Positions 1 to 9,150 of a stretch of DNA of 64,000 bases are shown here, one piece after another (position 1 is the stretch's first letter; every line of letters starts with the position of its first letter). Made by a program: the position numbers and the translations under genes. Under the pieces are notes generated by a model. That model searched no databases, was not told where the DNA came from, and saw nothing but the letters and a program-made list of their open reading frames with translations. Origin of the DNA: a virus (taxonomy: Duplodnaviria; Heunggongvirae; Uroviricota; Caudoviricetes); IMG/VR virus record IMGVR_UViG_3300034279_001376, positions 44,776 through 108,775 of that record, one strand, 5' to 3'.

Positions 1-467
1 ATGAAAAATAGTGTCTAAGTTAATTATTTCATTTAAAACCAATTGAAGCCGTTCCTGAAATATTTTTCCAGAATAGTTATTTTCTAACATAGAGTCTTCA
101 CTAACTTTTGCTCCTATGTGTTTGTCTGAAAGATACACCAAAAGAACGTTTGAGTTCTCTTTAGGATTTACTTGGAGAATAGAAGGCTCAAATTGAACTT
201 CTTTTATTTCTTCCTCATTGAACCGGACTTGTAAAGAAACTTTTCCTTTGTTGTTTACCCAAGCCCTTTCTATGGTTGAATTTTCAGGCAAATTGGTAAG
301 CATATCTGGAAGGCTTTTTTCTACTAAACCTTCTTTGTATTGCTTTTTTGCTTCTCTGATTTCATCTTCTGTGGCTTTATAAGTGGCTTTCAATTGGTTA
401 AAAGAATACGTAATTCTGATTGGGTTTTCAGTAAATGCAAGTACTATTTCTTTAATTTTTTCTAGCA
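1..467 (-). CDS. hypothetical protein, truncated by window edge (start codon at 465-467 on minus strand)
   Basis: Complement of 465-467 is ATG, and the minus-strand frame stays open to position 1 (MLEKIKEIVLAFTENPIRITYSFNQLKATYKATEDEIREAKKQY...). It is co-directional with the structural module. Confidence 0.4.
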
Positions 468-640
468 TGGTTGCAAAGTTACAAACTTTTCCATTGTTAT
501 AAAGGTTTTTATATTTCTGGAACTAATAAATAAAATTATTAAGGGTAGCATATAAATAAAAAGGCAAACATTACTGCTTGCCCTCCAAACCTATTAATAT
601 ATGAAAAAAAAAAAATTTAAAAGCCGTTCTTTATTTTATC

Positions 641-1165
641 TTAAAGTACCACCCATCCGTAGGAAGCCGCATTTGTTTTAATGTATGCTACTCTTAACAC
701 TCGACTTGGAAGTGCTCCTACGATAATATTATAGGAAGGACTTGTCAATACTGGATTATAACCATAAGGCAAAGGAATGTTAAAACTCCAAGCACCCGAC
801 GCAGTAGGAGTTGTGTTTATAAAAGTATAAATTTTATCTGCGTATGCAAGATTTCCCACAGGAAGAGTTACAGTAGCATTTACGTTGGTTACAGATTCAA
901 GGTCTTGTAAAAAGATTACACTGGAATTGGCTCCAAGAGTAAAGTTACCATCCCCTATTGTGTGAAATTCTGACACCAATGGTGCAGGATTTCCTGTTAT
1001 ACTTTGAAGGATATTGGTCAAAGACCTAGAAGAATTGGGTACAACATTTTCTCCCAATAAAGGTTCTTTGTTAAATATAACACAATCAGTGTTGATTGTT
1101 GTTCCACAACCCAAGCAAGGTTGTATAGGAGTACAAGTAGTACAAGGTTGAGCGCAGTTACACAT
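641..1165 (-). CDS. structural protein with Cys-rich N-terminus (possible tail fiber / receptor-binding component)
   Basis: 174 aa ORF. N-terminus MCNCAQPCTTCTPIQPCLGCGTT contains 8 Cys in 25 aa. Lies in the minus-strand late module with an ATGA overlap to the upstream gene. Confidence 0.55.
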   Translation of the reverse strand: MCNCAQPCTTCTPIQPCLGCGTTINTDCVIFNKEPLLGENVVPNSSRSLTNILQSITGNPAPLVSEFHTIGDGNFTLGANSSVIFLQDLESVTNVNATVTLPVGNLAYADKIYTFINTTPTASGAWSFNIPLPYGYNPVLTSPSYNIIVGALPSRVLRVAYIKTNAASYGWVVL

Positions 1166-1782
1166 TATTTTTTATATTGTATTCCGTCCAAAAATATAGA
1201 ACCAATTAAACTTGTAACAGGAGTTATACCTGTCCAAACCATAGTTGCTACACCAGAGGTGGATATTTGAAGAAATGGTTGCTCGTTTGCTACATTGGGC
1301 AAAGAGTAACTGTGAGAAAATGTTAATCTTTTAGTGTTGGTAGGAATTAAGTCCGCAGGTACATTAAATATGGGAACAAGAGTAGAACCAGCATTAATAG
1401 TGCCTGAAAGTTTTACCCAACCGTCTTGAATGTATCCAGTTGCGGGGTTATTAGATTCCACATTGGCCCACCTTTCTAAAAGGACAAGAGGATAATTTAG
1501 CAATGGGGAAGGCCCACATCCTGAGCCACACCCACAACCAGAATCTTGCTCTAAAGTGCATACCTTGGCTATGAGTGCTTCTATGATTGACTTGAGGTTT
1601 TTATCACAACCAAGAGTAAGGCAAGCAGTATCTACTGCTTTCCAGTTGATTTCTCCTTGCTTATCAACCAGCCATTTAAGCCAGTCATTCAGAGTATTCC
1701 CACAAAAATTAGCATGGTCAGGCTTCATAAGGCTGACTTCTGCTACTTGATTTGTTGAAATTGGATTAATAATGTTGCTCAT
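1165..1782 (-). CDS. structural protein with GCGCGSGCG Cys/Gly cluster
   Basis: 205 aa ORF with ATG start and internal motif SGCGCGSGCGPSP. Co-oriented with and overlapping neighbouring structural genes. Confidence 0.55.
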   Translation of the reverse strand: MSNIINPISTNQVAEVSLMKPDHANFCGNTLNDWLKWLVDKQGEINWKAVDTACLTLGCDKNLKSIIEALIAKVCTLEQDSGCGCGSGCGPSPLLNYPLVLLERWANVESNNPATGYIQDGWVKLSGTINAGSTLVPIFNVPADLIPTNTKRLTFSHSYSLPNVANEQPFLQISTSGVATMVWTGITPVTSLIGSIFLDGIQYKK

Positions 1783-1869
1783 ATATAGTTATTAACTCTT
1801 CACAAGTTAATTTTTTTTGTTTACCTATTCCTAGATATTTGTTAAGAATAAAAGCATAAACTTTTGTGT

Positions 1870-2088
1870 TCATAATATGTAATTATTAAACATGTTACAA
1901 TCTTTAGAGTAAAGGTTTAAAGCACTTTTTATAAAGGAAACTTGACTAAAATTTTCGTTTGCTATTGCCTGCTCCAATTTTGTCAACAACTCTTCTTGAG
2001 TGTAAACACAATCTTGAGGTATTGCAACTACTTCTTTGTTTGCTTTGTTCATTAAGGCTGCTTTTGCAGCACAACTAGTACATGCCAT
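1870..2088 (-). CDS. small hypothetical protein
   Basis: 72 aa ORF with ATG start and a 14-nt overlap with the upstream gene. Contains a CxxC pair. Confidence 0.4.
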   Translation of the reverse strand: MACTSCAAKAALMNKANKEVVAIPQDCVYTQEELLTKLEQAIANENFSQVSFIKSALNLYSKDCNMFNNYIL

Positions 2089-2530
2089 ATTTTGCGTTGA
2101 TTTGATTAAAGATTATAATTCCTTTTGAGCATTCTTCACTAGTACCATTAACAAGACTTTTTGCAACTTCTAAGTAAAGTAAATCCTCCAAACCTTCGCA
2201 CTTGTTGGCAAAGATAAGTATCTTTTTCCTTAGATTCCAAAAACGAAGATAATTTATTTTTATAAAAACCTCTTCATTAGGACAAACAGAAAATATTAAC
2301 TTGTAAACACCATCTCCTAGAGTAGTATCCCCCCAACCTAATTCTTGTGTTCCTAGCATTAGTCTGTGCTCAGGAACAAAAAAAGTGTTGAATGGTTGGG
2401 TAAAATTGGGTGGCGTTACACTCAATAAAGAGTTAGTAATTGGCACGTCAGGATTATACCTAGAACAGTCCCAGATCACAAATTCTTTTTCTGTGTCTTT
2501 AATTTCAAAATTTAATACTGTCTTGTTCAT
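2075..2530 (-). CDS. hypothetical structural/late protein
   Basis: 151 aa ORF with ATG start, tightly coupled to its neighbours in the late operon. Confidence 0.5.
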   Translation of the reverse strand: MNKTVLNFEIKDTEKEFVIWDCSRYNPDVPITNSLLSVTPPNFTQPFNTFFVPEHRLMLGTQELGWGDTTLGDGVYKLIFSVCPNEEVFIKINYLRFWNLRKKILIFANKCEGLEDLLYLEVAKSLVNGTSEECSKGIIIFNQINAKYGMY

Positions 2531-3174
2531 TAAGTTGTTGCTTTTTGTCCAGATGTCTGGTATCTAAATGAGTCTCCATTGTCAGAAGCCAATTGATTGA
2601 CTGCCATTGTTAGAATTTCAATAAGAGAAGATTCCTGAAATTCAGGGTTTATGTTTACATTAAGGTTTCCAAATTCATCTGAGTAGCCATCCTCCATATT
2701 GACTAAAGTAGGTACTCTGTAATAAAGCAGTTCTATTTTGTTTATGTTGAAATCGCCATAAACTTTTAACTTTTTGCCACTTATAGTTACAATGGATTCT
2801 GCCCATTCTAAGGAAGGTTTCCAATTGTCATCACTTAGAAGTCTGTTTATTTCTTCTTCTTTTTTAGGGTAAAGAAACAACTGACAAGGTGTAAATCCTA
2901 ATGCTCTTCTAAAGTGGTAGTAATCCCCGGGGAGTAGACCTTCCCAGTAGCCTTCCTTTTTGACTGGTTCAAATTCATACGTAGTAGATAAGATGTCTAT
3001 TTCATCAGTCCTAATTATGTTAGAACTTGAAATTTTACACCTTTCTTCCACCCAAGTAGTTTGAGCAGCATTAAAAGTCCTTACAAAAATGTGTTTTGGT
3101 ACATTATTACCGTAATTGGTAGATAAAGCATTTAACCTGTCTTGGATGTATAAATAGCAATCTGTTATTGTCAT
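2530..3174 (-). CDS. hypothetical structural/late protein
   Basis: 214 aa ORF with ATG start at complement 3172-3174. Confidence 0.55.
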   Translation of the reverse strand: MTITDCYLYIQDRLNALSTNYGNNVPKHIFVRTFNAAQTTWVEERCKISSSNIIRTDEIDILSTTYEFEPVKKEGYWEGLLPGDYYHFRRALGFTPCQLFLYPKKEEEINRLLSDDNWKPSLEWAESIVTISGKKLKVYGDFNINKIELLYYRVPTLVNMEDGYSDEFGNLNVNINPEFQESSLIEILTMAVNQLASDNGDSFRYQTSGQKATT

Positions 3175-3183
3175 AATAAAGGA

Positions 3184-3206
3184 GCAGGGGCTTTTACACC
3201 CCTGCC
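3184..3206. terminator. GC-rich hairpin (gcagggg-N9-cccctgc) between late genes; possible intrinsic terminator or attenuator
   Basis: 7-bp perfect GC stem, flanked by A/T-rich runs on both sides (aataaagg upstream, gtatttttaat downstream). Lies between the 663-aa and 214-aa minus-strand genes. Confidence 0.35.
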
Positions 3207-3219
3207 GTATTTTTAATTA

Positions 3220-5211
3220 TTACACTTGTTCTACTTTTGCAAGTGGGAAACCACTGCTAAGTTGACCTTTCAAGTTTTCAAACAACACTATGTCATTTTC
3301 GTGAATGTAAAGAGTAATTACCTCTTTTTTACCAGCCATAGGATGGTTTTCAAAACGAGAAATGTGATTGGTAATGTTGATAGCGTAGTAAAAGTCATTT
3401 ACTTTCACACCAAATTCTGTACCTTGACGAGCCAAAAGCAAAAGAGAATCTTTGTCTGTAAGGTTCATAAAACGCTCTTGACGGTCATTCCTAGTGATAA
3501 GAATTTCCTTGATAACGTCATATCCTTTCAAAATTTGATACTCAGCACTCTTAGTTTTACGGAATGTAGGGCTTTTTGAGCCACATACATAAGGTTCACC
3601 ATCAGGCTTGTAAATAGTCACCGAAAGATTTACAGGATCCTTTTCTTGGTAGAAATTAAGATCATAAATACCTTCTGGAAGACCCGGTTCAGGCATGGTC
3701 AAAGTGGTAAACTTAATACCACACTTACAACATTTGTCAGCAGGAGCAGGAGGAACAGGACAACCTGAACCATTTACAGTCCAACCTTCACATGGAATTA
3801 CTTCCCATTTGAAACCTTTCCAAGATGGAAGACTGTTAAATTTAGCCCCATCATGTCCAAATACGTCACAACCATCTACAAGAAGATTGTCACAGTATTG
3901 GGTTACATCGAATCGGATAATACAAGCGGTACTACCAGCATCAACCAAAAGAGTACCGGGTACAATTTCAGGGTTACCAGCGTAATAAGCCTGAATTTCA
4001 GCCAACTCTTCTGGATTTGATTGACAGTCAGCATTTTGCTTGGTCAAAGTCAAAGCACGAGTAATTTTGAAACTAGTACCAGCAGAAACCCACGCAGTAG
4101 TAATAGGAGCAGTTTGAGTACATTTTGCAGTAGTCAAGTCTAAGTCTTTTACAATACGTGCATCACCCGTAGGAGCAGTTAGTTTAGCAGAACTCACCAC
4201 ATAGTAAGTACTTGTTCCAAAACTGAAATTTTCTTTCTTAGCATAAGTAGCAGTTGCAAAAACAGTTTGCACTGCTGTCAACTGTGCTCCCAAAGTTACA
4301 TCAGCATTGGTGTTGTCAATCTCAACCACATAAGCAAACCCAGCAGCCACTGATGTAAAACCAGCAGGACAACTTGTACAGTCACGCACAGTAGTCAAAG
4401 ACTGGCTGTATGCAGCAGGTGCAGCAGTAGCAGCCAATTGAGTAAACTCATACGTAGTAAAAGGTGCTTTACGTTCTCTCACTTTAATAGTGGGAGTGTA
4501 CTGTGCTTGAACCTTTGCCATGTCCACTGCGTCTCCGTTGTCACACACAGTAAGTGTGTAAGTAGTGAAGTTAGTTTTTGCAGGAACACTCAAAGCAGGG
4601 GAACAAGAAATAAGTTTTTCTACTTTGTAAAAACGTTTTACCCAGAAAAGATCCGAGTCAAAACGTGCCATAAGGTCATCAATTACATAACTGCAATCAA
4701 TTTTACCATCCACGCAACCGCATGAAGCATCACAACATGGAGTATCTACTGATACTATTTCATTACGCTCATACGCACCAAAAACATTCTGTACATTTTG
4801 GCCTTGTACATTGATTTGAAACTTGTAGTTTTTACCACATTCAAAATTCAAACTTTCACAGTCATCCAAGCCATTCCAGCCGAGGTAGTAAACTTGTTCG
4901 AGGTTTTGTTTTTGTGGTTTTACAAATTTCAACTTTGCGATATTGCCCAAATCCGTAGATTTGAAAGAAATATCAGAGTTTAGAGAGTTGTACAATTTGT
5001 TAACTCGTTGCCCATCAGTTGCTTGTGGTGCATTGGGAGAACCTACTGCAAAGTAAGCATCACCAGTTAGTGCACTCACATTGATTGTTTTGTGGGTTTC
5101 CTTGTCCACCAAACCAAACTGAAAGGGTTTCAAATCAACAGTTTTAACCCCCGCAGGAGCAATTGATTGAACCACCCAATTTAACTCATTTCTGTCAGAG
5201 AAATTAGCCAT
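3220..5211 (-). CDS. large Cys-rich structural protein (tail/baseplate or receptor-binding candidate)
   Basis: 663 aa ORF with ATG start. Several Cys clusters (CCDASCGCVDGKIDC, CCKCGIKF) and repeated beta-rich Thr/Ser/Ala segments. Followed by the hairpin at 3184-3206. Confidence 0.65.
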   Translation of the reverse strand: MANFSDRNELNWVVQSIAPAGVKTVDLKPFQFGLVDKETHKTINVSALTGDAYFAVGSPNAPQATDGQRVNKLYNSLNSDISFKSTDLGNIAKLKFVKPQKQNLEQVYYLGWNGLDDCESLNFECGKNYKFQINVQGQNVQNVFGAYERNEIVSVDTPCCDASCGCVDGKIDCSYVIDDLMARFDSDLFWVKRFYKVEKLISCSPALSVPAKTNFTTYTLTVCDNGDAVDMAKVQAQYTPTIKVRERKAPFTTYEFTQLAATAAPAAYSQSLTTVRDCTSCPAGFTSVAAGFAYVVEIDNTNADVTLGAQLTAVQTVFATATYAKKENFSFGTSTYYVVSSAKLTAPTGDARIVKDLDLTTAKCTQTAPITTAWVSAGTSFKITRALTLTKQNADCQSNPEELAEIQAYYAGNPEIVPGTLLVDAGSTACIIRFDVTQYCDNLLVDGCDVFGHDGAKFNSLPSWKGFKWEVIPCEGWTVNGSGCPVPPAPADKCCKCGIKFTTLTMPEPGLPEGIYDLNFYQEKDPVNLSVTIYKPDGEPYVCGSKSPTFRKTKSAEYQILKGYDVIKEILITRNDRQERFMNLTDKDSLLLLARQGTEFGVKVNDFYYAINITNHISRFENHPMAGKKEVITLYIHENDIVLFENLKGQLSSGFPLAKVEQV

Positions 5212-5248
5212 TCTTTGTTTATTTAATAATTAATTAATAGGACCTAAC

Positions 5249-6082
5249 TTAGATCCTGTTTGAATTTCGTAACTGTGCCTTTATAGTGTATGCTTCATCA
5301 TTTGCAGCACCTGTACCAAGTTCGTCTTGGTTAGCAGGGTTTGAAAAGAAAGCAACCACCTCTTCTATTGTTCTACCGTATCCAGTATTGGTAACAGGGT
5401 TTTGATATTTTCCATTTACGGAACGAATCACTGCTACTGCTACTGCTTGTTTAATGGTCACCACTAGGTCTATATGTTCTACGTCTTCTTTTAAAGCACG
5501 TAAAAACCTACTTGCGTTTGCTTCCTGAGTAATATAATCAGTCAGTTTATCATACGCTATAATCTCGTTAGTAATACCACTGTTAATTTCTAATAAATAT
5601 TGGGCAAACAAAGTAATTTGAGTACGTTTGTTGTTCCAAAGTTCTTGAAGTGCAGCAATCGCTTCATTCAAGAGTTGTTTTTTGTTGACTCTTTTTTCTG
5701 TGTTTTTCTCTTCGTCAAAAAACTCAAAAATAGTAGTATCTACTGGACCTGTAATTTCTCCAGTTTTTACCAGACCAAAACCATTGTTTGATGTAAGCAA
5801 ATGTTTTTTGAACTGGTCTATTGGAGTATCTCCTATGATACAGTCTGTGTGGTCAATCTCAATACTGAAACTGTCCAAAAATTTAATACCTTCTGGTGAG
5901 TCAAACTTTACTCCTAGACTATTCTCAAAATACTCTTGTTTTTCTGGAGTCAGATTCAAGACGTATTTTCCACCCACAAAAGGGATTGCTAAACTACTAG
6001 AGCAGTCTGGGTGTACAGTAAACCCTAGATTTTCAAATCCTACCCTTGGGTTATCTTGTGCTTTTTGTTTTATAAGTGTCAT
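5249..6082 (-). CDS. hypothetical head/structural protein
   Basis: The table ORF 5249-6109 begins with GTG. The first ATG (MTLIKQ...) is at complement 6080-6082. The gene sits immediately downstream of the putative capsid gene. Confidence 0.5.
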   Translation of the reverse strand: MTLIKQKAQDNPRVGFENLGFTVHPDCSSSLAIPFVGGKYVLNLTPEKQEYFENSLGVKFDSPEGIKFLDSFSIEIDHTDCIIGDTPIDQFKKHLLTSNNGFGLVKTGEITGPVDTTIFEFFDEEKNTEKRVNKKQLLNEAIAALQELWNNKRTQITLFAQYLLEINSGITNEIIAYDKLTDYITQEANASRFLRALKEDVEHIDLVVTIKQAVAVAVIRSVNGKYQNPVTNTGYGRTIEEVVAFFSNPANQDELGTGAANDEAYTIKAQLRNSNRI

Positions 6083-6132
6083 AATATAATATGTGGGAGG
6101 ATATTTCACCTCCCACTAGTTTTTTTAAGTTA

Positions 6133-7809
6133 TTAATAAACAGGTTCAAAAATCATTTTACCTGTGAATGGATTGATTGGTTTAATAATCAAAGATTTTG
6201 TAGGATCTACCAAACGGTAAGCCTTCAATTTCTTTTCTACATAAACTTCAAAACCCGGAATGTCTTTATTACCGTGATGTGGCCTTCCACCCATATCTTC
6301 GTATGCTAATTTACCATTGGTATAGAAGTGGTTGAAATCCCAGTCAGCACCATAAACCAATTCTTCTACGTTACCACCTTCACCAGAAAGATCATCAATG
6401 ACCATCATATAAGAACTTAAACGGTGTCCATCATACATAGGGTTGTTGTACTCATTAGAAACGATTGGGTCAAATGCTGGTACGTGTGTAAAGTTTAAAA
6501 TACCATATTCCCAACGATAAGACATAAAGTTTTGAGTGTCAAGATACAACTTCTGATTGTCAGCACCTTTGATGTAATCTTTGGCTTGTGTAATCATGTT
6601 TGCTTGTAAGAACCTGTTACGAATTTGGGTACGGATTAACTTGAGTGCACCAGCACCACAACCAATGGTCATTTCCTGAACTCCATAAGGGTCTATTTTG
6701 TCTTTCAAACGAGACAACAAAAGTGCTTCAAGACGCTCAAGAGTGAATTTAGGAATGTTGAAACTTGCGTAAGAGCCCAAGTTAAACTGATGGAACAAAC
6801 CGATTGGCAGATTAACCTCAGTTTTACCATCCACCTTCATTGTGCCACCAGAACCCCAGATTGCGTAATAGTCCACATCACGCTCTACTTCCATCATAGC
6901 AATTGCTTCTACGAGAGGAATGTATGCTTTTTTTACAATGTCTTTTTTAACAAGACCCATTGCTGCTGCTTTGTCAGTCTTGAAGTGGTTCATGTACACA
7001 TCAATAGGACTAGTACCACGCATGTAAGCATCACTTGCTGGTGAACCGGGTGCAAATTGATACATTTCACACACTTGACGGTACTCTTGAAGAGACTTAG
7101 TAATATGGCCTGATACTTGAGAATAAGCAGCATCACGTGTTACACTGAAAGATTTGTGTGCATGACCCTCACCTACGTGCAAGTAATACTCTTTAAATCC
7201 ACTGGTGATAGGCGCAAGACTGTCATAAGTGCTGGAAAACTCCGAACCAATAGAACCAGTCCTAAAATAAATAGTACCTGCTTGCAACATCTCCTTGGGG
7301 AAGTACTTGTACTTTCCGTTAGTAGAATTCATGCGTACAGTGTACACAAAACCTGTTGCTGGATTGCCCGTAATTTCATCAGGTGTAACTACAAGTTCCA
7401 ATGCTAGATGCTTATCTGGGGTGATGATTGCACCATTACCAAAAGAACGCTTGTTAGAAAGGATCTTAAAGGTGGTTCCATCAATACCCGGAGTTTCTGT
7501 GTTGGAAATGTCTTTCAACAACTTGGTAGGCTGAGAAGCAATAGGGTATTGAAAGCGAGCAATATGCCCATCAATCATGGTACGCTTAACACCTTGTTTG
7601 GTATTAATCATGTCCCAAATACCGTTACGCTCCATAAAGCCAGTTGTAATCCAAGGTATAATCATACCCAAATCTGTACTGTCCGAAAAACGGTCAGTTT
7701 GGGAGTTCATGCGCAACAAGTGACCAGTGTCCAAGTTGTGCATTTCGGCATTAAATTCTTTGGTTTGTAAAAAGATGCCATTGTACAAACCCGTCTGTGG
7801 TAAATTCAT
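6133..7809 (-). CDS. putative major capsid protein
   Basis: 558 aa ORF with ATG start, in the canonical position after portal and scaffold. The size is compatible with T4 gp23-like or large HK97-fold capsid proteins. No direct motif proof. Confidence 0.5.
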   Translation of the reverse strand: MNLPQTGLYNGIFLQTKEFNAEMHNLDTGHLLRMNSQTDRFSDSTDLGMIIPWITTGFMERNGIWDMINTKQGVKRTMIDGHIARFQYPIASQPTKLLKDISNTETPGIDGTTFKILSNKRSFGNGAIITPDKHLALELVVTPDEITGNPATGFVYTVRMNSTNGKYKYFPKEMLQAGTIYFRTGSIGSEFSSTYDSLAPITSGFKEYYLHVGEGHAHKSFSVTRDAAYSQVSGHITKSLQEYRQVCEMYQFAPGSPASDAYMRGTSPIDVYMNHFKTDKAAAMGLVKKDIVKKAYIPLVEAIAMMEVERDVDYYAIWGSGGTMKVDGKTEVNLPIGLFHQFNLGSYASFNIPKFTLERLEALLLSRLKDKIDPYGVQEMTIGCGAGALKLIRTQIRNRFLQANMITQAKDYIKGADNQKLYLDTQNFMSYRWEYGILNFTHVPAFDPIVSNEYNNPMYDGHRLSSYMMVIDDLSGEGGNVEELVYGADWDFNHFYTNGKLAYEDMGGRPHHGNKDIPGFEVYVEKKLKAYRLVDPTKSLIIKPINPFTGKMIFEPVY

Positions 7810-7851
7810 ATTGTATATATGTTTTTAATTCTTTTTATTCTCTACTTTGCT

Positions 7852-9036
7852 TTATCGTGGTTGATTTACTTTTAAATTCCACCTTGAAACCTGTTTAGTT
7901 GGTTGTTCTTTAGGAGTGGTTTTTAATTGGCCACTTTTTGAACTTGTGTCATACTTGTGGTCTTTCACAAATTCATTCGTAACTTTATTTTCTACCACTC
8001 TTCTGTATTTTTCATCAAAAGCCTTCCTGTCTGAAAGAAGTAAGGCTGCTAATGCTAAAGTCTCTACGTCTCCTTTTTCCGAGAATCTGTTGTAAGCAAT
8101 CAAGGCTTCAAGGTAAGGCATTTCTGTTTTACTACCGTTTGGGAGGCTAACCGAAATAGGATTAGAATCCATAATTGCTGTTAACCTTTTGGTTTCTTCG
8201 GTTGTAAGTGCTACTTCACCTATTTTTTGAGTCTTTAAAGTGTTTTGTACTTTGCTCAAAAAGTTTTGTCTGCGTTGTTGTTCCATAGCCTTCATCTCTC
8301 TTACTCCTTCTTCTTTTTTTCTTGCAACTTCTTCCGTCTTTTGGTCCAGTTTAGGTTTAATCCGAGTAGCCTCTTTAGAAAGCAAACCTGCTGTTTTTAA
8401 GTCTGCTACCTTTTCATCTACTTCTTCACTGGTCCAATTTTCATTCTGAAACCAAGTACGAACTATTTTTTCTTGGTCAAACTCATTGTCTAAAGAAAGA
8501 GTTTTGATATTACTCTCTTCGACTAAAACCCGCATAAAACTTAAAATTTCAGCAGGGTCTTTTGATTCCAAATCAAAGTCAATAATTCTTTGAGTGACTG
8601 GTGAAATGTCATTCGTGTAAAAATCTTGAATGGCTTCATCTTTTGCAAGGTCAACATTGTGCGCAATTAATTTACTAATTACTTCCAAGGTTGGTTCTGT
8701 TGTGTCATCAAATCCTTCATACGGTTTTAAGTTACCTCCGAAAATATTGTCTGCAAGAGAATTGGCTATGGTTACATATTCATTCTCTATTTCTGCGTTT
8801 GCGTCAGCATCTTTAGGTTCTCCAAGATCAAAACTTAAATCGTCTTTATTTACTGTACTATCTAATGTCAAAGAAAAATCCTCTTTAGTAGGATCTGGTT
8901 TTACTGGTTCTGGTGTTTTTTCTCCTTCTACTGTAACCACTTTATCTATTGGTGCAGTGTCTGAAAAGTCTAGTTCTGTTGCTTTTACCAAAGGATCTGA
9001 GAACCCCAAATCTATTGATTGTGTTGATTTAAACAT
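7852..9036 (-). CDS. putative scaffolding protein (highly acidic, helical)
   Basis: 394 aa, strongly acidic, with D/E-rich repeats and predicted coiled-coil stretches (KKEEGVREMKAMEQQRRQNF). Located between the portal and capsid genes. Confidence 0.45.
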   Translation of the reverse strand: MFKSTQSIDLGFSDPLVKATELDFSDTAPIDKVVTVEGEKTPEPVKPDPTKEDFSLTLDSTVNKDDLSFDLGEPKDADANAEIENEYVTIANSLADNIFGGNLKPYEGFDDTTEPTLEVISKLIAHNVDLAKDEAIQDFYTNDISPVTQRIIDFDLESKDPAEILSFMRVLVEESNIKTLSLDNEFDQEKIVRTWFQNENWTSEEVDEKVADLKTAGLLSKEATRIKPKLDQKTEEVARKKEEGVREMKAMEQQRRQNFLSKVQNTLKTQKIGEVALTTEETKRLTAIMDSNPISVSLPNGSKTEMPYLEALIAYNRFSEKGDVETLALAALLLSDRKAFDEKYRRVVENKVTNEFVKDHKYDTSSKSGQLKTTPKEQPTKQVSRWNLKVNQPR

Positions 9037-9150
9037 AAATGTACGTCGTTTAATCTAGTGATTTTAAATTTTTTAGTTATTAAATATAGTTATTTTAAAT
9101 TTGATTGCAAAGCAAACTCTAATTAATTTGGTTAATTAATTACTTGTTTA

